Shown in pieces: positions 47,444 to 56,532 of a DNA stretch of 64,000 nt. The position numbers were made by a program, and so were the translations under genes. Source of the DNA: Minisyncoccota bacterium (GTDB lineage: Bacteria > Patescibacteriota > Minisyncoccia > Phycocordibacterales > Phycocordibacteraceae); contig JBAYHD010000001.1 in assembly GCA_041666305.1 (NCBI GenBank), forward strand, positions 91,574-155,573, written 5' to 3'. The notes below the pieces were generated by a model that ran no database searches, had not been told where the DNA came from, and saw nothing but the letters and a program-made list of their open reading frames with translations. Position 1 is the stretch's first letter. Each line of letters begins with the position of its first letter.

Positions 47444-47917
47444 TCAGAATCCGAGCCACGCCGCCACCAAATCCGTAAACGTATGCCGATGTTCTCCCTC
47501 GTCAACATGCTGAAGGAAGTATGCGTAGACCGCGTCCGCATCAACACCTTCAAGCGGGATGATGAGGTGCGGTGAGAGCCAACTCTCGGTTTTGATGGAA
47601 ATCATAGGAGGGAGCGTCCCCTCCACGTCTTCAAGAACGGAAAAAGAAAGCATCTTCTCGAACGGATGAAGTTCATCGCCGATGAGAATGCCCTGCTCGA
47701 CGAGACGGAAACGATGCACCGGCGGTACTTTGGCGGCGTGGAGCGCGAGCGCGGCAGCAGCGATGATGACGAGCACCGCAAGCAGATAATTGCCAAACAA
47801 GAGAGAGGAGAGCGTACCGGCAACCGCGATGATACCGAGCGCCCAATACCAATCGGAGCTTTTCGGATTATGGTCGTATTCCCTCCCTTCCCATTCTGCG
47901 AGTGCGTCGCGAGGCAT
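47444..47917 (-). CDS. hypothetical membrane protein
   Basis: 157 aa, two TM helices near the N-terminus. Confidence 0.45.
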   Translation of the reverse strand: MPRDALAEWEGREYDHNPKSSDWYWALGIIAVAGTLSSLLFGNYLLAVLVIIAAAALALHAAKVPPVHRFRLVEQGILIGDELHPFEKMLSFSVLEDVEGTLPPMISIKTESWLSPHLIIPLEGVDADAVYAYFLQHVDEGEHRHTFTDLVAAWLGF

Positions 47918-48018
47918 GAGAAAAGTATAACATCACAAATATGAATTCAATTGCGGGGGCTTGCCAATGCGCAACCCCACTTGGATTTTTATACTCACTT
48001 CGTTCGTTAAAAATCTCG

Positions 48019-48104
48019 GCGGAAGGGGTGGGACTCGAACCCACAAGGGCCTTACGGCCCGCCAGTTTTCAAGACTGGTTCCTTACCATTCGGAGCACCC
48101 TTCC
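48019..48104 (-). tRNA. tRNA-Ser (anticodon TGA)
   Basis: hand-folded; long variable arm; anticodon loop CTTGAAA. Confidence 0.75.
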
Positions 48105-48134
48105 CTTGTTCAACACCAGGTGTTGAACAGGTTG

Positions 48135-48410
48135 CTACGCCTGCGTTGATGAGTGGTGCGCAGGCGTATGCGCGTGATGAGAACTGGAAACCCCAGGGCG
48201 GAACCAAATGAGATACACGATCTCCAAGATGCCAAGCGTGTTGATAACGAGGAGCGCGATGAACCACCACTTTTGTTCGCCGCGGGCAGCGTGCCAGAGA
48301 GCGAACCCTTTAAGGACCAACGTCCAGAGGACAATGATCATCATAAACGGTATGAACGTCGCAAAAAGCGCGGGCTCGAATGGCGAATAAAACGGGGTGA
48401 ATGGTTGCAT
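48135..48410 (-). CDS. small two-TM membrane protein
   Basis: 91 aa, hydrophobic, His-rich C-terminus. Confidence 0.35.
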   Translation of the reverse strand: MQPFTPFYSPFEPALFATFIPFMMIIVLWTLVLKGFALWHAARGEQKWWFIALLVINTLGILEIVYLIWFRPGVSSSHHAHTPAHHSSTQA

Positions 48411-48440
48411 ATCCGCAAATTATACCACACACTCATTACT

Positions 48441-48860
48441 ATGCGATATCTCGGCGTGGATTATGGGAGTTCGAAAATAGGCCTCGCGCTCTCTGATGAA
48501 GGAGGTGCGATGGGTTTCCCGCATGCCATCATTTCCAACACACCGCGGCTCGTGGATGAACTCTGTGCACTCGTTGCAAAAGAGAATGTCGGAGCAGTGG
48601 TCATCGGCGAGTCGCGCACACTAGAGGGTGGAGAGAATCCGATAGCGAAAGACGCCCGCTTGCTCGGTGAACAACTCACGGCGCGTGCGGGTGTGCCGGT
48701 GTTTTACGAATCGGAAGTGTTCACGAGCGCCGAGGCGCGCCGTGCGCCTGCGAAAGAGGCGAAGACTCGCGCGCCCCAAAAACGCGGACAGGTTGATGCA
48801 TCGGCCGCCGCACTTATCCTTACTAGTTATCTTTCACGCACCGACCATGGACCCCATTAG
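48441..48860 (+). CDS. ruvX: Holliday junction resolvase-like YqgF/RuvX (pre-16S rRNA nuclease)
   Basis: MRYLGVDYGSSKIGLALSD N-terminus typical of YqgF. Confidence 0.8.
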   Translation: MRYLGVDYGSSKIGLALSDEGGAMGFPHAIISNTPRLVDELCALVAKENVGAVVIGESRTLEGGENPIAKDARLLGEQLTARAGVPVFYESEVFTSAEARRAPAKEAKTRAPQKRGQVDASAAALILTSYLSRTDHGPH

Positions 48861-49239
48861 AAATGCAGACAGTTCTAACGGGGCAAGTAAGCCCCGCATA
48901 ACAATAGATGAATTTTCAAAAATCGAAATAAAAGTCGGCACGGTCCGAAGCGCCGAGCGTGTGCCGGAGACCGATAAACTGCTTCGCCTCATGGTGGACT
49001 TTGGAGAAGTTTCTCCCGAGGGAGAGAAGACCCCGCGCCAGATCATTTCCGGCATCGCTGCATACGTTCCGGAACCCGAGACGCTTGTCGGTCGCCAGCT
49101 CGCATTCGTCACGAATCTTGAGCCGCGCATGATACGCGGGTTTGAAAGCAATGGAATGCTATTTGCAGTCGGCTCTGATGAAACGTTCGCATTTCTCACT
49201 CCCGATAGGGAAGTTCCACCCGGCACGAGTGCACATTGA
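48847..49239 (+). CDS. tRNA-binding domain protein (CsaA/EMAP-like)
   Basis: start at MDPIRN; OB-fold tRNA-binding domain signature (IEIKVGTV...LVGRQLAFVTNL). Confidence 0.7.
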   Translation: MDPIRNADSSNGASKPRITIDEFSKIEIKVGTVRSAERVPETDKLLRLMVDFGEVSPEGEKTPRQIISGIAAYVPEPETLVGRQLAFVTNLEPRMIRGFESNGMLFAVGSDETFAFLTPDREVPPGTSAH

Positions 49240-49327
49240 ACTAGCTCGTTAGGCCCCAGGCACTTGGCATTAGCTTAATGCAACGCGAGCCCTAGGGTCT
49301 AGCGCCTGGAGCCTGTATTATGAATGC

Positions 49328-50425
49328 ATGTCATCTGTTTTCGGTGAACGCTTGCGTGCTGCTTTCGCGCCGCCGCGCTATCTGGCGCCCACACTTTCCG
49401 GCATTGATATTTCTACGAGCGGGGTCAAGGTAGCTCGTCTTACGGAAGGCCCTCACGGACTCACACTCGCGCACTATGCGCAGGTGCGGTTGCCACTCGG
49501 CGTATTCACTGACGGTGAGATAATCGATCGCAAAGCCATAACTGAGGCGATCACGGCCGCCGCAAAGGCCGCCGGCATTTCATCGGCAAATGTCTCACTG
49601 TCGGAATCCAAGGCGTATCTTTTTGAAACCACGGCGCCGGGCATCCTTAAGGCCGATTGGCGCATTGCCATCGAGCAGCACCTCGATGAATTGGTGCCGC
49701 TGCCGCCGCAGGAGACCGTCTTCGACATCATCGGCGTAGGAAAAACGGAAACAGGCGACGAATCCATCGTCGGTATCGGTTTTGCGCGGCGCATGGTGGA
49801 CGAAACACTCATGGTTTTCGATCAGGCGGGGATACCGGTGCGCGCGCTCGAAGAAGAAACTTTCGCGATGGTGCGCGCGCTTCTGCCGGCAGGGGACAAC
49901 TCCACAACACTCATCATCGATGTCGGGAAAACGACGACGAAAATGGCCATCGTCACCAACCGCATACCGCACTTTGCAACAACGATAGGCATCGGTGGAC
50001 ACGCACTTACGCTCGCCGTGCAGAAACACTTCGGCGTGACGGAAGCCGAAGCGCGCAAGGTAAAAGCGGAACGTGGCATTGTTCCCGCTCCGGGGAATGA
50101 AGACTATCTTGCCGCGATGCTCTCGACCGTTTCCGCAATACGCGATGAGATTTCCCGTCGTCTCAGTTATTGGCAGGAAAAAGCAACGGAGAAAGGTCCC
50201 CATTTTCCAGTGACGCGCGCTGTTCTGGCTGGCGGTAACGCATCGTTGCGAGGGCTTCCGGAATATCTCGAAGGAGCGCTGCAAATACCAGTGACTGCCG
50301 GCGAGGTGTTTACGAATCTTGCGTCGCGCGATACGTGGATACCGACGCTCGATTACACGGAATCACTCGCATATGCAACGGCGGTCGGCCTCGCGCTTCG
50401 CGAACATGTCCCCTCCCATGGATAA
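49328..50425 (+). CDS. pilM: type IV pilus assembly protein PilM
   Basis: actin-like ATPase fold; length 365 aa; followed by PilN/O-like genes. Confidence 0.8.
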   Translation: MSSVFGERLRAAFAPPRYLAPTLSGIDISTSGVKVARLTEGPHGLTLAHYAQVRLPLGVFTDGEIIDRKAITEAITAAAKAAGISSANVSLSESKAYLFETTAPGILKADWRIAIEQHLDELVPLPPQETVFDIIGVGKTETGDESIVGIGFARRMVDETLMVFDQAGIPVRALEEETFAMVRALLPAGDNSTTLIIDVGKTTTKMAIVTNRIPHFATTIGIGGHALTLAVQKHFGVTEAEARKVKAERGIVPAPGNEDYLAAMLSTVSAIRDEISRRLSYWQEKATEKGPHFPVTRAVLAGGNASLRGLPEYLEGALQIPVTAGEVFTNLASRDTWIPTLDYTESLAYATAVGLALREHVPSHG

Positions 50426-50972
50426 CGAACTGACCAATTTGCTTCCTCCGGAACGGCAGAGTGCACTGTCGCGGGAATATCTGTTGCGCCTCGGCGTGGT
50501 AGTTGCGGTGATGATAACCGCTCTCACATTCGCCGCCGCTCTTTTGCTGGTGCCGACATATATTTTTCTCAACCAGAGCGCTTCTGCAAAGGCGACCCGT
50601 CTTGCGAGCATAGAATCCACTCTTTCTTCATCAGAAGAAAAAACGCTTTCTGAGCAACTCGCAACACTTGCGCGCGACGCGGCGGCTTTAGTTGCGCTCG
50701 GCGATATTCCTTCCGCTAGCGGGATACTGCGCACCGCGCTCGCCGTTCCGCACCCCGGAATCGCGCTGTCCGGTTTGGCATATACCCCTGCGGAGGCAAA
50801 GGTTCCGGGAACGCTCGCCATAACGGGAATCGCGGCAACGCGTGATGCCCTACGCACCTACCAGCTCGCCGTGCAAAGCGCCCCGTTTGCTGCGGAGGCG
50901 AATCTTCCGGTTTCGGCGTACGCAAAAGATGCCAATATCACCTTCACGATCACCGTGACTCTTGCGCCATGA
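50418..50972 (+). CDS. PilN-like bitopic membrane protein
   Basis: single N-terminal TM + periplasmic domain; 8-nt overlap with pilM. Confidence 0.5.
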   Translation: MDNELTNLLPPERQSALSREYLLRLGVVVAVMITALTFAAALLLVPTYIFLNQSASAKATRLASIESTLSSSEEKTLSEQLATLARDAAALVALGDIPSASGILRTALAVPHPGIALSGLAYTPAEAKVPGTLAITGIAATRDALRTYQLAVQSAPFAAEANLPVSAYAKDANITFTITVTLAP

Positions 50973-51550
50973 AATCTCCTTTTTCACACATTATGATCGC
51001 CGTTGCCGTGTGCATTGCCGCCATAGCCGGTTACGGTATGTGGTATGCCGCTATTTCTGCAAAGAGTGCGTCCGTTGCGGCTCTTCAAAATCAGATCGAT
51101 ACAAAGACCGAGACGGTAAATCGCATCGCGGCCGCGCGTGCTACGCTCGCAAACGTCGCGAGCGACGAATCGGTCGTACAAAATTATTTTGTGCCGGAAG
51201 CGGGCGTCGTTTCTTTCATCGATGCGCTCGAGACGAGCGGGAAGACGCTTGGATCCACGGTGAGCGTTCAGTCGGTCGGAACGAGCGGCACGCCCGCGAA
51301 ACCTTCGCTTGAGCTCGCACTCTCGGTTAAGGGAACATTCGATGCGGTAATGCGAACGGTTGGATCCATCGAATATGCTCCCTATGACCTTTCTATTTCA
51401 TCACTCACGATAACGCAGGATGACAAGAACATCTGGCACGCTGATCTTAAGATTGTTGTCGGTTCGGTACCGGTGGCAAAGTCGTCATCAGTCGCGCCGA
51501 TACCGTCAACCGCATTCGCTCCTTCAATTTCCAGCCATGAATACTTTTAA
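50969..51550 (+). CDS. PilO-like bitopic membrane protein
   Basis: N-terminal TM, coiled-coil then beta-rich domain; 4-nt overlap with upstream gene. Confidence 0.45.
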   Translation: MKSPFSHIMIAVAVCIAAIAGYGMWYAAISAKSASVAALQNQIDTKTETVNRIAAARATLANVASDESVVQNYFVPEAGVVSFIDALETSGKTLGSTVSVQSVGTSGTPAKPSLELALSVKGTFDAVMRTVGSIEYAPYDLSISSLTITQDDKNIWHADLKIVVGSVPVAKSSSVAPIPSTAFAPSISSHEYF

Positions 51551-51845
51551 TTCCATCGGTTCTTTTTTTAAGAGAATGCGCTCCGGCGCGAGCGTAGATC
51601 CGATACGCGACTGGCTCATGTTATTTACTTTCGCACTTATCGCATTCGCAGGCATTGTTGTTTGGAATGTGTGGGCATTCGATACGGTCGCAGGCGGCGG
51701 AACTATCGGCGCGCCAACGATCAAGGCACCGCCGGCTTTCAATCCGGCCGCGCTGGACACCATCCGCACCATCTTTGCGAATCGCGCCGCCGAGGAAGCG
51801 AAGTACATGACCGGTGTCTACTCATTCACTGACCCTTCGCTTTGA
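51538..51845 (+). CDS. small membrane protein (pilM operon, PilP position)
   Basis: 102 aa, one TM; overlaps PilO-like stop. Confidence 0.4.
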
Positions 51846-51956
51846 TGCTGAAATAGGTTAGATTTTCCATACGCCCCCATATCTTCTCAGACTCGATATG
51901 AGGGCTCGTTCGGAGAGAAAGAATGAGTGAAGACACTCCTTCTTTCTTCCTCTCTT

Positions 51957-52028
51957 CGCCCCCATAGCTTAATGGATAAAGTAGCGGACTTCTAAGCCGT
52001 TGATGTTGGTCCGATTCCAGCTGGGGGC
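51957..52028 (+). tRNA. tRNA-Arg (anticodon TCT)
   Basis: hand-folded; anticodon loop CTTCTAA; one A-G mismatch in anticodon stem. Confidence 0.7.
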
Positions 52029-52029
52029 A

Positions 52030-52111
52030 CGGGCATGTGGCGGAATTGGTATACGCGCACGTCTCAGAAGCGTGTCCCGCAAGGGTTGAGGGTTCGAGTC
52101 CCTCCATGCCC
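52030..52111 (+). tRNA. tRNA-Leu (anticodon CAG)
   Basis: long variable arm; anticodon loop CTCAGAA; 1-nt spacer from the previous tRNA. Confidence 0.8.
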
Positions 52112-52112
52112 A

Positions 52113-52186
52113 CGGGCGATTAGCTCAGTTGGTAGAGCAACTTGCTTACACCAAGAAGGTCGCAGGTTCGAGTCCTGCATCGCCCA
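52113..52186 (+). tRNA. tRNA-Val (anticodon TAC)
   Basis: anticodon loop CTTACAC; 1-nt spacer from the previous tRNA. Confidence 0.8.
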
Positions 52187-52227
52187 CAAAATGAAATTGA
52201 AACAAAAAGCGTGTTATATAGGTTGAT

Positions 52228-52929
52228 ATGAGTATGAACGAAGCTTCTGCGGCGCCGGCGTGCATCGGCATCATCATGGACGGTAATCGCCGTTGGGCGA
52301 AGTCGAAGGGCTTGCCGGCATTTGAAGGTCATCGAGCTGGCAGTAAGACGCTTAAAGAAGCGGTCAGATGGGCCAAAGACGCAGGGGTGAGGCACGTCAT
52401 TTTTTATACTTTCTCCACCGAAAATTGGAATCGCCCGGAAGAAGAAGTGTCCTACCTTCTCAATTTGATCACCGAGTTCATAGAAAAAGAATTGGATTAT
52501 TTCAATACTGAAGGCGGTGTGTTGCATTACGTCGGCGACCTTTCAAAATTTTCTGCTGACCTCCAGAAGATTTTTAAAAAGTCCGAGGACATGACCGCCA
52601 ATAATCCCGGCCCCCACGTCTACTTTGCTCTGAACTATGGCGGGCGTCAGGAGATCCTATCCGCGGTTCGTTCCATTGTTTCTGAAAAACCGCGCAGTGA
52701 AGATATCACTGACGCGTATTTCGCCGAACATCTACAGACCGGAGCAATGCCGGACCCAGACATCATCATCCGCACGTCCGGCGAAATGCGTTTGTCCGGA
52801 TTTTTGCCTTGGCAATCGGTCTACAGCGAACTCTTTTTCACCAAAACATTGTGGCCCGACTTCTCAAAAGAAGAATTCGATTCAATTCTTGCCGAATTTG
52901 CGGAGCGCGAGCGCCGGCACGGGAAATAA
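52228..52929 (+). CDS. uppS: undecaprenyl diphosphate synthase
   Basis: GIIMDGNRRWA cis-prenyltransferase motif. Confidence 0.85.
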   Translation: MSMNEASAAPACIGIIMDGNRRWAKSKGLPAFEGHRAGSKTLKEAVRWAKDAGVRHVIFYTFSTENWNRPEEEVSYLLNLITEFIEKELDYFNTEGGVLHYVGDLSKFSADLQKIFKKSEDMTANNPGPHVYFALNYGGRQEILSAVRSIVSEKPRSEDITDAYFAEHLQTGAMPDPDIIIRTSGEMRLSGFLPWQSVYSELFFTKTLWPDFSKEEFDSILAEFAERERRHGK

Positions 52930-52951
52930 TCGAAAGTGCTACTGTGAAGTG

Positions 52952-53635
52952 ATGGAATTGCCCATACTCTACGAAGACACAGATGTCGTTGCGGTCGCGA
53001 AGCCCGCAGGGCTTATCACCCATTCCGATGGGCGGACAAAGGAAGAAACCGCGGAAGATTGGTTCAAGAAAAAATATCAAGGCCTCGCCTTGCTAGAGCG
53101 ACCATATGTGCATCGACTCGACCGCGATACGTCCGGTGTGCTCGTTTTTGCAAAGAACGCGGCAGCGTACGAATTTTTGCGCAAAGCATTTCATGATCAC
53201 GAAGTGAAGAAGACGTATCTTGCATTCACCTACGGCGCACCGAAAGAGAAGGAAGGTGTTATCGATTTCGACATCGGACGTTCACGCCAAGACTTCCGTT
53301 TGCGGAGCGCCCAACCGAAAGCAAAAGGGCGTTTGCGTGAAGCGCTTACGCGCTATGAGGTAGTGGGGGAGTACGGGGAGTTCGCACTCATGAAGATGAG
53401 CCCCGAGACCGGCAGGACCCATCAATTGCGCGTGCACCTGAAGGCCATTCATCACCCTATCATTTGCGATCCGCTCTACGCGCCAAACCACAAGCCCGCT
53501 CTTGGCATTACGCGGCTCGGCCTGCATGCCTATATGCTCGACTTGCCGCTCCCGAAAGGTGGCCGCATGCTCATCCAGGCCCCCATTCCGGAAGACCTCG
53601 CTGCCGCCTACGCCCATTTCCCGGATGCGCCCTGA
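52952..53635 (+). CDS. RluA-family pseudouridine synthase
   Basis: start at MELPILYED; HRLDRDTSG catalytic Asp motif. Confidence 0.8.
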   Translation: MELPILYEDTDVVAVAKPAGLITHSDGRTKEETAEDWFKKKYQGLALLERPYVHRLDRDTSGVLVFAKNAAAYEFLRKAFHDHEVKKTYLAFTYGAPKEKEGVIDFDIGRSRQDFRLRSAQPKAKGRLREALTRYEVVGEYGEFALMKMSPETGRTHQLRVHLKAIHHPIICDPLYAPNHKPALGITRLGLHAYMLDLPLPKGGRMLIQAPIPEDLAAAYAHFPDAP

Positions 53636-53640
53636 AAATT

Positions 53641-53712
53641 TCCCCGTAGTAGAATTTCGGTTCATCGGAAACGACGTGCCTATGGCACAAACCGAAATTT
53701 CACTACGGGGTT
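53641..53712 (+). promoter_or_regulatory. nested hairpin structure upstream of rplS (candidate L19 leader / terminator)
   Basis: ccccgtagtagaatttcggtt ... aaccgaaatttcactacgggg ~20-bp stem enclosing a second palindrome gtgcctatggcac. Confidence 0.4.
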
Positions 53713-53749
53713 TGCTCTCTCGTAAAGTGCGTGCTACAGTCGCTCTCAC

Positions 53750-54235
53750 ATGAAGCGGGTGATAACTCCGGTCAATATCGAAGGGCGCGCGAATCTTGGT
53801 ATTCGCGCGGGTGATACCGTGCGCGTGATTCAGAACATCGTGGAACTCAAGAAGGGTAAAGGAAACGACAAGAAGGAAAAGACGGTCAAAAATGCCCGCA
53901 AACAGACTTTCGAGGGGCTGGTGATTTCCACCAAACACGGTGCCGAAGCAGGAGGGATGTTCACCGTGCGCGCGACACTTTCGGGCGTCGGTGTGGAAAA
54001 GACCTTCCCGCTCTATTCGCCGGTCATCGATTCCATTGAGATAGTGAAGCGTTCAAAAGTTCGCCGCGCGAAGCTCTACTTCATTCGCGAGAAGGCGGCA
54101 AAGGCGGTCCGCCGCCAGCTCCGCAATGCGCGCATGATGCATATGAAGAGCGATGAGACGATTGTGTCCGAAGAAGTTCCGGAAGCTGAAATCGAGACGC
54201 CGGTTACCGAAGAGAAAGTAGAAGTCGCGGCATAA
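53750..54235 (+). CDS. rplS: 50S ribosomal protein L19 (with C-terminal extension)
   Basis: GDTVRV...FEGLVIS...RRAKLYF core L19 motifs. Confidence 0.85.
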   Translation: MKRVITPVNIEGRANLGIRAGDTVRVIQNIVELKKGKGNDKKEKTVKNARKQTFEGLVISTKHGAEAGGMFTVRATLSGVGVEKTFPLYSPVIDSIEIVKRSKVRRAKLYFIREKAAKAVRRQLRNARMMHMKSDETIVSEEVPEAEIETPVTEEKVEVAA

Positions 54236-54254
54236 ATTTTCAATAGCCAGAACA

Positions 54255-54290
54255 GAAAATCCGAGTTACCCACTCGGATTTTCTTTATCC
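54255..54290 (+). terminator. rho-independent terminator
   Basis: gaaaatccgagt-taccc-actcggattttc + tttatcc. Confidence 0.6.
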
Positions 54291-54335
54291 ACAATTGGTA
54301 GACGCTATATACTTGAGATCTAGTATTATAGAAAG

Positions 54336-55016
54336 ATGAACAGACTCGGAATGAGAGGACCTAAACCAAAAGGGAAAGTGAAGATTCGATGGTCTCCTAA
54401 ATTCGCGTACGCAATCGGATTACTGGTTTCTGACGGAAATCTGTCTCCTGACGGCAGACATATTATTTTTACGTCCAAGGATCTGGAATTGATAGAACTG
54501 TTTCAAAAATCGCTGAGCATAAAGATACATATTGGCAAAAAGGCCAGGGGGTTGTCACCAAAAGATAAGTCGTATTACGTAGCCCAATTCAGTGATGTCC
54601 TTTTTTATCAGTTTCTTATGGACATCGGTTTGATGCCGAATAAATCCAAGGTTATAGGAGAGGTAAAAATTCCAGCCAAATATTTTTTTGACTTTCTTCG
54701 TGGATCTTTTGATGGAGACGGCTGTACCTATTCGTATTTCGACCCGCGCTGGCGTTCAAGCTACATGTTCTATACCTGTTTTGTATCGGCAAGTCCTGCA
54801 CACATAATTTGGTTGAGAGAGGAAATACACAGAAGGATTCATATTAAAGGGCATATACATATGAGTAACAAACGCTCTTTTAATCAACTTAAATATGCGA
54901 AAGCGGACTCATTAAAATTGCTTCGAGCGGTGTATTACTCACGGAATGTTTTATCGCTCACTAGAAAAAGATTGAAAATAATGAAGATGTTAGCTACAGT
55001 GGGTGAGAAGCTCTAA
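54336..55016 (+). CDS. LAGLIDADG-family homing endonuclease (double motif)
   Basis: motifs GLLVSDGNL and LRGSFDGDGC; AT-rich; ends 10 nt before tRNA-Leu(GAG). Confidence 0.7.
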   Translation: MNRLGMRGPKPKGKVKIRWSPKFAYAIGLLVSDGNLSPDGRHIIFTSKDLELIELFQKSLSIKIHIGKKARGLSPKDKSYYVAQFSDVLFYQFLMDIGLMPNKSKVIGEVKIPAKYFFDFLRGSFDGDGCTYSYFDPRWRSSYMFYTCFVSASPAHIIWLREEIHRRIHIKGHIHMSNKRSFNQLKYAKADSLKLLRAVYYSRNVLSLTRKRLKIMKMLATVGEKL

Positions 55017-55026
55017 AGCTTCAAAT

Positions 55027-55110
55027 GCCCGGGTGGCGCAATTGGTACCCGCGCAGCCTTGAGGTGGCTGTGGCCGTAAGGCCGTGGAGGTTCAAGTCCT
55101 CTCCCGGGCA
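55027..55110 (+). tRNA. tRNA-Leu (anticodon GAG)
   Basis: hand-folded by analogy with bacterial tRNA-Leu; anticodon stem CAGCC/GGCTG, loop TTGAGGT; long variable arm. Confidence 0.8.
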
Positions 55111-55305
55111 CAAAAGACACAAAACGCGCACTGCTGCGCGTTTTGAGCTTTTGTGCCTGGCGCAGCGATGTTTTGCGAGCACGCAAAACCGCGAGCCGGG
55201 GTAGCGGAAATCCGATTGCGACGGCAATCGGATTATCCGTGACCACAAAAGACACAACGCCGAACGAGCAAATTATTCCTGACCAAGCCTCTCCTGGGCA
55301 CAAAT
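55111..55305 (+). repeat. duplicated tRNA-Leu 3'-end segment flanking three consecutive hairpins (integration/excision footprint)
   Basis: cctctcc[c/t]gggcacaaa present at the tRNA 3' end and again at 55289..55305; cacaaaagacacaa repeated at 55109 and 55245; hairpins at 55121-55144, 55170-55189, 55211-55234. Confidence 0.5.
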
Positions 55306-55374
55306 TTGATTTCAGTATTGATGTCGTGCTAGCATCGCCGGTAGCTGTACAACCACAACAACGGAGGAATAAGA

Positions 55375-55611
55375 ATGTGTCATCAGAGTTTGGCGGCAAG
55401 AGGCATCAAGGCAATCCGTTTCGTAAAGAAGGAAGAAACAACGAAGTCGATAACACCGTGGCGCGACAAAGAGGCGATTGCGAAAAAGAAAGCAAATCGA
55501 CTCAAAGAGTCGCGACGGCGTGAAGCCAAAGAAAGCCGCGAACGGCGCAAGCAAGCCAAGACGGAAAAAACAGGGATGAAGAATTTACGCCACCAAGGGC
55601 TGATACACTGA
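55375..55611 (+). CDS. hypothetical small basic protein
   Basis: GGAGG RBS 7 nt before ATG; Lys/Arg/Glu-rich 78 aa; followed by a strong terminator. Confidence 0.4.
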   Translation: MCHQSLAARGIKAIRFVKKEETTKSITPWRDKEAIAKKKANRLKESRRREAKESRERRKQAKTEKTGMKNLRHQGLIH

Positions 55612-55627
55612 TCAGCCGAAAAAGGAA

Positions 55628-55659
55628 AAGCCCGGACGCATGCGCCGGGCTTTTTGTTT
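55628..55659 (+). terminator. rho-independent terminator
   Basis: agcccggacgcatgcgccgggct + ttttgttt. Confidence 0.65.
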
Positions 55660-55950
55660 GGCCACAGTTACCGGGGGCGAAGTCCGAAGACCGTATCCCA
55701 ATTAATGTCGAAGCAAAGGGCGACGAGGGCGACGAGGACAATGCCGATAAGTACCACGTCGTTCCGACTGATGTTGACGTGTATTACCAACTGTCCGATC
55801 TCCTCATCCCACCAGCTTTTGTGATAGGGATTCTTCTTCCAGTCAATGAACAGCATAAAGAATTCCTCTTCTGTTGTTTATACCCTTCTATAATAGCACT
55901 ATTGCTATAAAAAGTCAATAGCTCCAAAATGGCCTGTATACTGGGGATAT

Positions 55951-56487
55951 ATGGCTCTTTACACAGGCAAGGGAGATACAGGGACCACAACAGCATTCGG
56001 TTGTAATCAGCAACGGATATCCAAATCGTCCGAACTGCCGGAAGCGCTCGGCGCGCTTGATGAGCTCAATGCGTATGTGGGATTCGTGAAGATGCGCGCG
56101 AGTACGGAACCGCGCATCATGGATACTTTGCGCGACGTGCAAGAGACGCTGTTCATCATTCAAGCGGAAGTCGCAGGCGCGGATAAAAAAGTGGGGGAGG
56201 ATGCGGTAAAAAATATTGAGAACATAGTGAATGATATCGAAAAAGAGATTCCTCACCTCAAAGGATTCTCAATCGCGGGCGGAACGGAACTCTCCGCCTT
56301 GCTGGACGTCGCGCGGACGCTCGCACGGCGTGCCGAACGCCGTGTAATTGCGGTCAAAGAATTGCATTTGCGTGAACTCTCATCCGAAACAATGGCATAT
56401 CTGAATCGTCTCTCCTCCCTCCTCTTTGCTCTCGCACGTTTCGCGAATCATCTCGCGGGCGTCGCGGAGGAAACTCCACGATATTAG
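55951..56487 (+). CDS. ATP:cob(I)alamin adenosyltransferase, PduO-type
   Basis: N-terminal YTGKGDTGTT and helical bundle typical of the PduO/MMAB family. Confidence 0.75.
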   Translation: MALYTGKGDTGTTTAFGCNQQRISKSSELPEALGALDELNAYVGFVKMRASTEPRIMDTLRDVQETLFIIQAEVAGADKKVGEDAVKNIENIVNDIEKEIPHLKGFSIAGGTELSALLDVARTLARRAERRVIAVKELHLRELSSETMAYLNRLSSLLFALARFANHLAGVAEETPRY

Positions 56488-56532
56488 GGCGCATTTTCGG
56501 TTTTCGTGTTATAAAAAATCTGTGCGAAACAT

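Noticed and set aside
49595-50284. 229-aa minus-strand ORF inside pilM
   Set aside because: Antisense artifact. PilM reading frame is supported by operon context.
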